DNA of 36,508 bases from a virus (Duplodnaviria > Caudoviricetes). Shown here piece by piece: positions 17,254-26,921 of this stretch; the first letter of the stretch is position 1, and every line of letters starts with the position of its first letter. Both the position numbers and the translations under genes were made by a program. A model generated the notes under the pieces. It saw only the letters and a program-made list of their open reading frames with translations, did no database searches and was not told where the DNA came from. The stretch lies in the IMG/VR virus record IMGVR_UViG_3300040806_002667, positions 1 to 36,508 of that record, one strand, 5' to 3'.

Positions 17254-17605
17254 CCCGACACTAAGACGAAGGCGAGGCAACTGCGGCGGAGCTTTCCGCG
17301 CTGGTCTCCCCTGGCTCAAGCGAGACGAGCAAGGCGCCTATGTCATGGCCTATCGGATCGCGCCAGACTCCGACCCGTCTTGGGGAGATCAGCGGGTGAG
17401 GCGCTGCCCGATCGCCGACATGAATCGACTCTCTCCGATGGTCTCCAGCTATCGCGCGCACTGCGCTGGGCTCGGGAGTCTTCGAGACTTTTACCGCGAG
17501 CCTTCTTGCGCGGTGATAGATTTATGGACGGAGCTCCACACTCAAACCGAGCTGATGAAGGCTCGCGCTCGACAGCGCGCACACGAGGAGGCGAGTAATG
17601 GCTAG
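17174..17605 (+). CDS. -1 frameshift extension of the tail chaperone (gpGT analogue)
   Basis: Slippery G GGA AAA at 17174-17180; the -1 frame is open and continuous with ORF 17345-17605, which overlaps the tape-measure start. Confidence 0.82.
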   Translation, partial: GKIAAGASVWIAYAGSRAWSCEQCKGDPTLRRRRGNCGGAFRAGLPWLKRDEQGAYVMAYRIAPDSDPSWGDQRVRRCPIADMNRLSPMVSSYRAHCAGLGSLRDFYREPSCAVIDLWTELHTQTELMKARARQRAHEEASNG

Positions 17606-19514
17606 CGGGGGAAAAGTCGAGATACAGGTCGAGCTTGAAGGCGGCGGCAAAGTTCAAGGCGCTCTTAACAAGATCGGAAGAGGCGCCGAAGTCGCTGGAG
17701 GTAAAGCAGCGCAGGTAGGAGAGGCGCTCTCGGCGAGCTCGAATGTGATGACCGCGTCTTTAGGTAATGTCGTCTCGACCGTTGGGACACTCACTGAAGG
17801 GATCGGCGGCCTATCCACTGCTTCAAAGACAGCGGGCACAAGCTTTACTGCGATGCTCGGTCCTATCGCCGCGATCGGTACAGCTGTCTTCGCTGTGGTT
17901 CAAGCGGTGCGTCAATATATCCGAAATTCTCAAGACCTTGAGACGAGAATGGAAGCGCTCAAGGCGGCGGCGTCAGAGTTTACCAGTGTTATGGAGCGTC
18001 TCGCCGACGAAAATATCACTCTGACAAAAGCCGAGAGACAGAGGCTGATGCAGCTGACGCGCGTATCAAAAGCGCAGACTGAATATATACAGAAGATCAG
18101 AGAAGGCGAAGGCGTCGAAGGTCAGAGACTCCAGCGAGTGCAGAAGGCTTTTGCTCAAGCTCAAGCTGAAGTCGACATGATCCGGAAGCGGACGCACACT
18201 GAAGCGTACTTCCTACAACAAAGTGTCGCAGCTAGAGCGCGGCTAAGAGTCGCGACGATGAATCTCAATGAGGCCGAAGAGGCTCTTGATGGGATGACTC
18301 AAAAGGCGATGCAATCGCGCCGAGAGCAGACACAGCTAGTTGAGAAACTGATAGAAACTAGAGGTCGCGCCGCTCTTCAGAAGCAACAAGAAGCAGCGAC
18401 TAAAGCTGTTGAAGATCAACTGCGGGCAAATAAACAGATGCTAGCGCTCGGAGAGCGCTTTCAAAGGGAAGCGCTCTCAATAGAGGCGTCGACAACTTCA
18501 CAAAGAATCGCTCTCATTCGTCGAGAGCTCGCGGAGAGACAGCGACTCCTTGTGGAGTCGGCTGCTAGTGATCAAGAGTATGAGAAAGCGTCCTGGCAAG
18601 CGGAGCGAGTCGCCAGCGCGAAGATTCGAGCACTCCGCAAAGCCGATCGAGCGCAGAGGGAAGCGGGGCGCGCGCAAGAAGCAGCGGCTAGAAAGGCGGC
18701 GGCTGATCGAGCTTTTGCCGATGAGCAGAAGCTTGCAGAAGCTCGGATTCGGCTGGCGACAAAAGGGATCGAGCAACAAAGACAGCTCATCGAACTCCGC
18801 TTTCAGAGCGCCCAAAGAGCGGCGGCGAATGAGACTCAACTGGAGACCGCCCAGATTAATCGCCAGCGCGAGCTCATGGCTCTTGAGGAAAAGCAGGAAG
18901 CCGACCGGCGCGCGGCGGAGATGCAACGGATCGACGCTCTCCAGCGCTCGATTGAGTTGACCAGGCAAGAGGCACAAGCGCTTCAAGAACTCTCCTCCGT
19001 CGATATGTCAAAGATCACATTAGCGGTTGAAAACTTCGGGCAAGGGCTGGTCTTCGCCTCACTCGCTGCACTCCAAAGCGGAGAGAGCGTCTCCGTCGCA
19101 GTGGGTGAAGCGCTCAAGGCGATCGCGCTCCAAGCTGGAGTCGAAGCGATTATGCAGACCGCTAAGGGGACAGCGGCGCTCTTCACGCCAGGGGGACAAG
19201 CGGAGGCGGCAGGTCACTTCAAGGCGGCGGCCTTCTTCGGCGCGGCAGCGGTCGCCGCTGGTTCCGCTGGTTCTGCACTCTCCGCGAGCGGTGGAGGCGG
19301 CGGAGCTGGAGCGTCTCCCACTGGAGCTGCTCAATCGATCAGAGATCGAGACTTCGATCGAGACGAAGAGCGCGGCGGCGTGACGATCAACGTCAACATG
19401 GGTCAAGCGGTGATATACGATACTAAGGCGGCGGCAGAGAGAGCCTTCGCTGACCGCGTCGTTCAAGCTATCAATACTCCGCGTCGCGGCGCGGTCCGTC
19501 TAAGGGGGGCATAA
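17598..19514 (+). CDS. Tape measure protein
   Basis: 638 aa, Ala/Gln/Arg-rich helical protein with hydrophobic stretches, C-terminal GGVTINVNMG, follows the chaperone. Confidence 0.85.
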   Translation: MASGGKVEIQVELEGGGKVQGALNKIGRGAEVAGGKAAQVGEALSASSNVMTASLGNVVSTVGTLTEGIGGLSTASKTAGTSFTAMLGPIAAIGTAVFAVVQAVRQYIRNSQDLETRMEALKAAASEFTSVMERLADENITLTKAERQRLMQLTRVSKAQTEYIQKIREGEGVEGQRLQRVQKAFAQAQAEVDMIRKRTHTEAYFLQQSVAARARLRVATMNLNEAEEALDGMTQKAMQSRREQTQLVEKLIETRGRAALQKQQEAATKAVEDQLRANKQMLALGERFQREALSIEASTTSQRIALIRRELAERQRLLVESAASDQEYEKASWQAERVASAKIRALRKADRAQREAGRAQEAAARKAAADRAFADEQKLAEARIRLATKGIEQQRQLIELRFQSAQRAAANETQLETAQINRQRELMALEEKQEADRRAAEMQRIDALQRSIELTRQEAQALQELSSVDMSKITLAVENFGQGLVFASLAALQSGESVSVAVGEALKAIALQAGVEAIMQTAKGTAALFTPGGQAEAAGHFKAAAFFGAAAVAAGSAGSALSASGGGGGAGASPTGAAQSIRDRDFDRDEERGGVTINVNMGQAVIYDTKAAAERAFADRVVQAINTPRRGAVRLRGA

Positions 19515-20743
19515 TGCCAAGCTCTGACAGCGCGCCTAACTTCGCTCTGATGACAGCGGTCGATCTTCGAGACCTCTCTGGCGAGACGCTTTATCAACGC
19601 GGGTCGACTGCCATCAACATCACGATGGCCTCGACGATCTACGCCGACATGATCGACTTTCTGAACGGCTACAGCGCGAGCCAGACGATCGCCGATACAA
19701 TCGACCATTATCTCACGGCGGCGGGATCGGGAACGGCGGGGACGTGGAGCGCGACGATCAACGCTGACGATAAGGTCGTGATCTCGAATACTGACCGCGC
19801 CTTCGATCTTGAGCTCGTATCGGGAACGGACTATCTCGGTCTCGGGTCCGCTTCTCTCTCCTCGACTCTCGTCGGCGGATCTCATCAAGTGGTCGCGCCG
19901 AACGACTGGATCAGGGGGAGAGTCGCTGGTCCGTTCGTTCTGGATATCACGCCAAGCGGAGAGCCGAGCGTCGATATCATAACGATTGACGGAGAGTATC
20001 AAGACCTTCGCGTCGCGCTCCGCGAGGGGGGATCGGTCGGCGATGTAGACGACGCGAACGGTACGAATAACTTGAGCGCGCGAGATACCTCGATCATGAG
20101 CCTAAGCGGACTCAACTCGATTCGATGGTTGATCGATGAAGAGGGCTTTGCGGTCGTCTCTTATCCGACCGCTGTCACTGATCTGACGTGGAGCTCCACA
20201 GCGCTTAGGAATCTTCTAGGCTTCACGGGCTCCGAGACCTCGACGACGGTGATCGGCTCCAGCTATGAGCGCCTCAAAGCTACCTACCCTTGCGCGACGG
20301 TCCTGATCCCTACTCGACCCGTCGAGCGTCATCAGCTCTCGGTTGAGACGATGGCGACGAGGCGGCGCCGACTAGGCGGATCAATGGTCTCGAACAAGCT
20401 CGGAACCTATACGCGGAGTCGCGTCGACTTCTTCGTCGATGCGGCGGCGGACGAGCGAGATCTTTATCAACACTTCGTCGAGCGCTTCGCTCCCTACACC
20501 GGACCAGGGCAGGCGCTCACCTATTATGGAGAGTGGGGAGATTCTCGACGACATGCGGCGCCGATGAGTGTCTTCGGCTCAACCTATGTTGTCGGCAACT
20601 ATGGCCCGTTGTACTCGATCCAAGACGAGCGCGGTCGGTATATCGGGCGATTGATGGAGAACACCTTCGATCTTAATTATCCGACTAGGATCCGTCGCCG
20701 TGTTCCTCTATCTGTCACGATCGAGCATGATCAAGTAAGGTAG
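19514..20743 (+). CDS. Distal tail / tail-tip protein
   Basis: Directly after the tape measure; beta-rich. Confidence 0.5.
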   Translation: MPSSDSAPNFALMTAVDLRDLSGETLYQRGSTAINITMASTIYADMIDFLNGYSASQTIADTIDHYLTAAGSGTAGTWSATINADDKVVISNTDRAFDLELVSGTDYLGLGSASLSSTLVGGSHQVVAPNDWIRGRVAGPFVLDITPSGEPSVDIITIDGEYQDLRVALREGGSVGDVDDANGTNNLSARDTSIMSLSGLNSIRWLIDEEGFAVVSYPTAVTDLTWSSTALRNLLGFTGSETSTTVIGSSYERLKATYPCATVLIPTRPVERHQLSVETMATRRRRLGGSMVSNKLGTYTRSRVDFFVDAAADERDLYQHFVERFAPYTGPGQALTYYGEWGDSRRHAAPMSVFGSTYVVGNYGPLYSIQDERGRYIGRLMENTFDLNYPTRIRRRVPLSVTIEHDQVR

Positions 20744-20769
20744 ACACGCGTCTATCTTTTGGGGGTCTC

Positions 20770-21813
20770 ATGGCGAACACTTTCGTACTTCCAACTAGCG
20801 GCGCGGGTGCTGTCCCCTCTCCTGACGCGGTCGTCTCTGGTCAGGTGATCGAGTCGGAGACGATCCAGAAGCTGACTCAACTGGTCAACTTCACGCATGC
20901 TCACCTTGGCTGTTCTCCGGTCGTCAGTCAGGGCTATCAGGGCGCGGTCTTCTCTGTCCTAGGAACTCCAGCGGACTATAACTGTATCTGGCGCGTCCCC
21001 GTCCCTAGTGATGCTCATCAGACGCTTGTGATTCTGGTGAAGGCGAAGCTCAACAACGTCGGGACCGGCTCGATCGTTTTCACCGAGTCCGAGAACAGCA
21101 ACACCGCGACCATCAACATCACGAGCAACGTCGCCACTTGGTATCGCGCGACGCTCTCAACTGGCGTCCAGTCGAACGAATATGCGGAGATCACAGCTAA
21201 GGCGATTCATAGCAGCTCGACGGGAACGATCATCGAGTATATCTCTCTCCACTGGCTCCCGCTCACCTCTCCTCTCGCCGCTGGTCAGGTCGACCAGAAT
21301 CATTTTGGGACGCTCAAGATCACTCCACTCGGAGAGGACCGAAGCGGCGCCGACTATCCCCTCGCCAGCGCGCGCGGGAAGAATCTCGTCCAGACTCTCC
21401 GCGCTCTCGCCAAGCGACCTCGACCGCTCTTCGCGTGGTCTGGTCTCCAGCGGGTCGCCAGCGCGCGAGCTCCAGCGACGATGCTCCCTGATATGTTCCG
21501 CGAGTTCCGCGCACTCATCAGGGCTTGGGGAGGGTCTCGCGATCGAGATCATGAGTACACCGCCTTTGTCTTCGCCGCGACTCATGGGAACGGAGACGAC
21601 CGCTTGATCTTGTGGCGAGATCGACGGAAGACAATCGCGGCGGCGACGGTCACTCCCGCTTGGGAAGAGCTGACAGCGCTTGAGCCGTTTCGGCGCGAGA
21701 GTATCAGCGACCAGGCGGACACCGATCTCATTCGAGACGGTCTTGATCGACCTCCAACCGAAAACGTAGCACCGGCCTCGCCGGTCTGGTCTGTTCAGAT
21801 ATGGGGGCCTTAA
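20770..21813 (+). CDS. Tail-tip / baseplate-associated protein
   Basis: Position and composition only. Confidence 0.5.
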   Translation: MANTFVLPTSGAGAVPSPDAVVSGQVIESETIQKLTQLVNFTHAHLGCSPVVSQGYQGAVFSVLGTPADYNCIWRVPVPSDAHQTLVILVKAKLNNVGTGSIVFTESENSNTATINITSNVATWYRATLSTGVQSNEYAEITAKAIHSSSTGTIIEYISLHWLPLTSPLAAGQVDQNHFGTLKITPLGEDRSGADYPLASARGKNLVQTLRALAKRPRPLFAWSGLQRVASARAPATMLPDMFREFRALIRAWGGSRDRDHEYTAFVFAATHGNGDDRLILWRDRRKTIAAATVTPAWEELTALEPFRRESISDQADTDLIRDGLDRPPTENVAPASPVWSVQIWGP

Positions 21814-21816
21814 ACG

Positions 21817-22455
21817 ATGGCGCTGATCCCTGCCTATCAAATCAACGCTCCATCAACGCGAGCGTGCAACGTCGATTCGCCGGTATTTGGCGGGACGATC
21901 GCCCAGATGATCGACCTCACGAATCACCTCGCGCTCGGTCGAGCTCGTCGCTGTGTTCATGCGAATTTTACGAGATTGACGCCCAAAGACTTCGCCGATC
22001 TCGACGGTGATACAGACACGATTGAGATAGACGCGGAGGCTCCAGAGTCGTCGGAGCTTTTGGAGATCCCTTGGCTCTCCTCACCCATGGCTCGTTATGT
22101 CGTCCTCTTTATCCGCTATCGCGCGGCGTCGTCTGCCTCGATCAATGCGTCGCTCTTCGAGCTGAACACGAGCGGCGGAGCTCATACTCAAATAGACGTC
22201 GGCTGTTCTTGGTCGGCGACCAACGGGCGTCTTCAATCGACCAACTATTCAGAAGGCGTAGGTACTCGATACGCGCTCCTTGAAGCGACAACGACCGCGC
22301 AGATCAGAGACGCGAGCGGAGGAGTCGACGAGCCTCGTCCTTTGGTGATCCCCTCCGCGTCTCGCGGCCTCGAGCTCATGGTGAGCCTTGATTGTACGCA
22401 AGTGTCGATCACGTCGGTCGATATCTTCGAGCTCTACGAGGAGCAGTGGACATGA
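21817..22455 (+). CDS. Tail-tip / baseplate-associated protein
   Basis: Position and composition only. Confidence 0.5.
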   Translation: MALIPAYQINAPSTRACNVDSPVFGGTIAQMIDLTNHLALGRARRCVHANFTRLTPKDFADLDGDTDTIEIDAEAPESSELLEIPWLSSPMARYVVLFIRYRAASSASINASLFELNTSGGAHTQIDVGCSWSATNGRLQSTNYSEGVGTRYALLEATTTAQIRDASGGVDEPRPLVIPSASRGLELMVSLDCTQVSITSVDIFELYEEQWT

Positions 22456-25400
22456 GCTTAACGGATAGAAGCCAGAAGAGGCGCTTCGCGCTGGTTATCG
22501 CGGGCCTTCCGGAGGTCTACTATTCGCACTCCTCCGAAGGGCTGACCAGTGTTCCCGCGATCGGGAACGCGCTATCAACGACGCCAGGCGCGACGCTCCG
22601 GACGTTCAAGGAAGCGATCGTCAACGTCACAGACTACGGAGCGAATCTCGATCCTCTCGGCGGCGTCGCCTCATATACGCCGATCACGGTCTCGCTCGTT
22701 ATCGACCGGAACGGAGGCGACTCTGATCCAGGCGTGATTCTCTCACGGATCGGACCGCGCGCGAGCGGCGCCTCTCACTCTTTCCTCGTCGATGGCATCA
22801 ATCACAGTGACTCGACCCCAATCACCGTCGAGCTCGATCGCGACGTCAGCGCGGTTTACTCAAGCGGAGACTATGCGCATATCGGCGCCGAGACCTTCCT
22901 CGTCTCTGGGACGACGAGCGGCGCTAACCCCACCATCACGTTCAGCGATCGCGGCCTCGCCGATACTCCGATACAGGATCACCTGATCTCTCTGCGCGGA
23001 ACCAACGCGCCAGAGATGACGGATCAAATCTGCTACTGGCGCGGGCGCCGCGCGTCGATCTGGGTTTCACCTGGTCGGAACGATGGTTCCTTCGGTGGCT
23101 GGGTCGAGCTCATGAGAGGCTTCCTCGACTCGACTCCACAGATTGAAGATGGTCTCGCGGTGACGCTCGAAGTCGTTCCCCTCACCGCGCTGATCGACCA
23201 AGGGCTCACCGGCGAGATCTCCCGCCAGACGACACTCCTTCAGGGCTATCACCGCTTCGAGGCGGGCGTCGGGAACATCGTCGAATATGCGCAAGGTCTC
23301 CACGCGCCAAGCCCGACCGCTCAACCCAATCTCATGGGCGTCGGTATCGGTTCTTGGAATCACCACGGCGGCGGGTCTCTGCCTACTTCGGAAGAGTTCA
23401 CGACTGGACAACATCAGCACGAAGAGATTTTCGATATCACGCTCACCACAGCGGACGGCGCGCGATATAGCAATCATCCTCGCATCGGTGATCTTGGCTT
23501 AGAGAATAAAGGCGGACAGATCGAGCGCTTCGAGGTCGTCGCCTATCGGATCGACGCCGGTCTTAACGTCGGTTATGACCTTGACCCCGATCCTCGACCG
23601 CTCTCCGAATTTCACAACGATCAACACGGCTACGTGATCCCCTGCCAAGAGATCAAGCGCTATGAACAATCCGAGGGTCTGATCCGATGGCCGGAGGAGT
23701 TCATCACTGGATTCAACGCGGCGGCGCCGAGTGGTCGCACTGGTCGCGATGGCGGCTTCTTCTCGGTCCGCTTGGTCGAGGAAGGCGGACGGATTCAGCT
23801 CCGATTGCTCCCCTTCGCCGATACTCGCCTCCGCACTCACATCATGTTTTGGACGCATCCGGCGGCGCTCTTCAACGAGGGAGTGAGGAATCTCCGATAC
23901 TGGAGCGCGAACGGTCCACAAAGACCAGTCAGCGAAGTGACCGGTCGCGAGCTCATGGTTCTTCCAATCGACTGGTCTCCGCCAGCGCGGCGAGAGTATC
24001 CCCTTCTCCCACCGCATGAAAACGCGAGGAGAGACGCGACTCTCTACCGGCGCGCATGGGAGCAAGACGAGCAAAAGCTTCAGGTCTACAATCTCCGCGA
24101 TTATGCGCTCGCCTTCTTCCAACCAGGCGAAGGGAGAATCCTCGTCTCTGATCAGCTCCCAGGGCTACCCAGCGCAGCTGGGACCAGCGTTTTCCCTGTA
24201 TCGGTGATCAGCTACGATCGACGGATCGACTCTGAAATAGAACAGACCGTGATGGTCACTCATCAAGTCGCCGAGGTCTACGGGACAGCGACCGTCGGTT
24301 ATGGGCTCATCCTCGCCGACCGGCAGCCCCAAGACCTTCAGCCGATTGTCGACTGGGCGTCACGCGGAGACGATGGTCGAGCAAAGATCGCTCTCGCGAA
24401 TCTCTTCGACGCGGTTCCCCCTGGCGAGATCATTCTCCAGCTTCTGGAGAGCGGAGGGGGGAACCAGGTCAACGGCGACTATGACGTCTCCGCGATCGGG
24501 CTAAACCTGCCTTCGAGCGCCATCGACGAGAACAGCTTTCTCGCTCTCTCCGATGCGACTCGTCTCTCGGATATGACGCTCGCGCTCTCTGGTGATGATG
24601 TCGAGATTCTGGACGTCGTCGAAGGGATCTTAAAAGCGCTCGGCGCCGCGATCGTCCTCCGTCGAAGCGGAACCGATAACGAGCGACTCAAGTTGACTTG
24701 TGTTCCGGTCGGGATGGAGCAGGCTTCACGAGTGCGCCAGACGATCGCGGCGGGTGACTGGCTTGTCGATCCTCCTCCATCATGGGGAACGCGCGACGCT
24801 TCGGTGAACCAGATCGCCTTCAAGTATGATTGGGACGACGCGGAGAAGAAGTTCAACGGCGAGGTCATCGTTAACAATGAGCGGGCGATCATGGCTTACT
24901 CTCAAGAGCGCCAGTCGATGGACCTTGAGCTCTACGGCGCAACGGCGGAGCGACTAGGGCAGAACAGCGCAGATCTCTATTCAGCGGTGCGCCCGATGTT
25001 CACGCGGATCTTCCGCCTCGCCTCTGATCCCGTCCGAGTCTGGCGCGGGTCGGTCGGCTTTGATCTTGGCCACCTTCTAGAGGTCGGCGCGATGGTCGAG
25101 GTCTCGTCTCCTCACTTCAAGGGCTACGGGGATTCATACGGTGTCACCGATGGCCTAGCGCTGGTTCAGTCGGTCCGCCAGTCTCTCACCGGCGAGGGGG
25201 TCGACGTCGAGCTTCTCCACTATGGTCTCGGCGCGGCGGGGTGGAACGCGAGCGCGGAAGTGGTGGCGGTCGTCTCGGCGACGGTCCTCGAATTTGATCC
25301 GAATACATACACGCGCGGACGCGATGCGGCTGGAGAGCTCACCACAGACCTCGCGCTCTTCGAGGAGGGGGATCGGGTTCAATATATCCCACCAGGCGAC

Positions 25401-25613
25401 GAGGACAATCCGACGACGCTTAAGATCGACTCGGTCGACACCGCCACGAATCAGATCACGTTCACAGCGGCTCATGGGGTCGCGTCAGCGGTCGGTCATA
25501 TCGAGCCGACCACATACGACACCGCGCCAGCGCGTCACCAGATCAGGGCATATCTCGCCGACTCTTCTGGGACGATCGGCGCTTCCTCTGATGACGGAGA
25601 CAAATATTTATGA
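22452..25613 (+). CDS. Large tail-tip hub / central spike protein (about 1053 aa)
   Basis: ATGA-coupled start at 22452; size and position typical of hub proteins. Confidence 0.55.
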   Translation: MSLTDRSQKRRFALVIAGLPEVYYSHSSEGLTSVPAIGNALSTTPGATLRTFKEAIVNVTDYGANLDPLGGVASYTPITVSLVIDRNGGDSDPGVILSRIGPRASGASHSFLVDGINHSDSTPITVELDRDVSAVYSSGDYAHIGAETFLVSGTTSGANPTITFSDRGLADTPIQDHLISLRGTNAPEMTDQICYWRGRRASIWVSPGRNDGSFGGWVELMRGFLDSTPQIEDGLAVTLEVVPLTALIDQGLTGEISRQTTLLQGYHRFEAGVGNIVEYAQGLHAPSPTAQPNLMGVGIGSWNHHGGGSLPTSEEFTTGQHQHEEIFDITLTTADGARYSNHPRIGDLGLENKGGQIERFEVVAYRIDAGLNVGYDLDPDPRPLSEFHNDQHGYVIPCQEIKRYEQSEGLIRWPEEFITGFNAAAPSGRTGRDGGFFSVRLVEEGGRIQLRLLPFADTRLRTHIMFWTHPAALFNEGVRNLRYWSANGPQRPVSEVTGRELMVLPIDWSPPARREYPLLPPHENARRDATLYRRAWEQDEQKLQVYNLRDYALAFFQPGEGRILVSDQLPGLPSAAGTSVFPVSVISYDRRIDSEIEQTVMVTHQVAEVYGTATVGYGLILADRQPQDLQPIVDWASRGDDGRAKIALANLFDAVPPGEIILQLLESGGGNQVNGDYDVSAIGLNLPSSAIDENSFLALSDATRLSDMTLALSGDDVEILDVVEGILKALGAAIVLRRSGTDNERLKLTCVPVGMEQASRVRQTIAAGDWLVDPPPSWGTRDASVNQIAFKYDWDDAEKKFNGEVIVNNERAIMAYSQERQSMDLELYGATAERLGQNSADLYSAVRPMFTRIFRLASDPVRVWRGSVGFDLGHLLEVGAMVEVSSPHFKGYGDSYGVTDGLALVQSVRQSLTGEGVDVELLHYGLGAAGWNASAEVVAVVSATVLEFDPNTYTRGRDAAGELTTDLALFEEGDRVQYIPPGDEDNPTTLKIDSVDTATNQITFTAAHGVASAVGHIEPTTYDTAPARHQIRAYLADSSGTIGASSDDGDKYL

Positions 25614-26344
25614 GAGTGACGATCAAGAGCCTCAAAGCGGAAGTTTCAAACCTCGAAGCGGAGATTAAGCAGACCGCTTATCGCCTCCGCCATGTCGAGC
25701 GCGAGCTCCTCGCGAGCCAGATCGACCTTCGACCAGGCGACGACCGCGCTGGAGCTCCGGAGCCACTCGCGGACGCGATCTCTCAAGCGGCGCTCGACGC
25801 GACTCTCCGCGCGGAGGGTGAGTGGGAGCTCGACGTCACGGAGCCAGGCGGCGGCGGAGCTCACAGCGCTGATCGAATTAACGTCTACATCCGAAGCGAT
25901 GAGGGCCTCCAGTGGGCTGACGCGAATATGAAGAAGGACGGCGCGAACCCATACGAGAAGAACGGCGACTTTGCCTGGTGCGGCGCCTTCGCAGCTTATT
26001 GCTGGGCGATCCTCAAACCCGAGATCCGTAAGCGTACGTTTCCCTCGACCTATCGTCTCTGGAGAGACTGGCAGTCGAGGCGCATCCCGACCTCAAACAT
26101 GAGAGCGGGTGATATAGTCGTAGTGTGGAATGATTCGGCCTCACAGGCAGATAGGGAGCGCAAACCTTATGGACATCACATCACAATCTGTCGACGGCCA
26201 GGCGCCGATTGCTTCTCAACCTGGGAAGGCAACGCCAGAGCTAACGGACCTGATGGACGCTATCGAGAGGGAGTCGGGACCAGAGAGCGCGAGCTCTCAA
26301 CCGTCGCCGTCGTCTACCGGCCTCAAGTCTCCGATCTCACCTAA
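25610..26344 (+). CDS. Endolysin, CHAP/NlpC-P60-type cysteine hydrolase with N-terminal coiled coil
   Basis: AWCGAFAAYCW (Cys), AGDIVVV, GHHITI (His), TWEGN. Confidence 0.8.
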   Translation: MRVTIKSLKAEVSNLEAEIKQTAYRLRHVERELLASQIDLRPGDDRAGAPEPLADAISQAALDATLRAEGEWELDVTEPGGGGAHSADRINVYIRSDEGLQWADANMKKDGANPYEKNGDFAWCGAFAAYCWAILKPEIRKRTFPSTYRLWRDWQSRRIPTSNMRAGDIVVVWNDSASQADRERKPYGHHITICRRPGADCFSTWEGNARANGPDGRYREGVGTRERELSTVAVVYRPQVSDLT

Positions 26345-26372
26345 GATCGTCTCCGCGCTCGGCGGGCGGAAG

Positions 26373-26519
26373 ATGGCGGCCTATCTGGTCTCTGTCATTG
26401 TGACCGCTCTTCTCGCTGTCCTCGATAAAGCCTCGTCCGAGGTCTTACTCGCTCTTCAAACTGCGCTCGGCGCCTTCGTCGGCGGAAACGCGGCGGAGCA
26501 CAAGTTCAAGGGAAAATAA
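26373..26519 (+). CDS. Putative holin (start may be upstream at 26253)
   Basis: Two short hydrophobic helices, basic C-terminus, adjacent to the endolysin. Confidence 0.55.
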   Translation: MAAYLVSVIVTALLAVLDKASSEVLLALQTALGAFVGGNAAEHKFKGK

Positions 26520-26912
26520 ATGGCTCGCTTTGCATATACGACTCAACCAGTCCGGACCGCTGCTTATATCGCGTCGGTCGACACCTCCAGCAACGCTTCG
26601 ACGGACTGGACGGATCTCTCTTCGGATGACTTCACCGACTCGAAGACCGGCTCCGCTCTCGCGGCTGATCTGCTCTTTACCGCTGTGACCGTCCACAATT
26701 CGTCGACGACTGCGAGCGCCTTCTTCAAGCTCCGCGCGCGCGGCGGCGCTGGCGATACCACAAGCGGAGAGCTTGAGATCCCAGCGAGCTCCACGATCTC
26801 TATCGATATCGCTGGCCTTGCTGGATCGTCTCCATCGACGGTCGCCTATAAGAAGGCGGCGGTGGGAGACGAGCTCGTGATTATCTGCGGCTTTGAGCTC
26901 GCGACTGTTTAA
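26520..26912 (+). CDS. Small beta-rich virion protein
   Basis: 130 aa, S/T/A-rich, directly before the fibre gene. Confidence 0.5.
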   Translation: MARFAYTTQPVRTAAYIASVDTSSNASTDWTDLSSDDFTDSKTGSALAADLLFTAVTVHNSSTTASAFFKLRARGGAGDTTSGELEIPASSTISIDIAGLAGSSPSTVAYKKAAVGDELVIICGFELATV

Positions 26913-26921
26913 GGGGGAATC

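Noticed and set aside
17242-17598. 118-aa ORF as the chaperone partner
   Set aside because: Wrong frame for the -1 shift; the frame of 17345-17605 is the continuous one
20740-20760. Intrinsic terminator TAGAC-ACGC-GTCTA-TCTTTT
   Set aside because: Stem is only 5-6 bp and AT-rich, mid-operon; too weak to call
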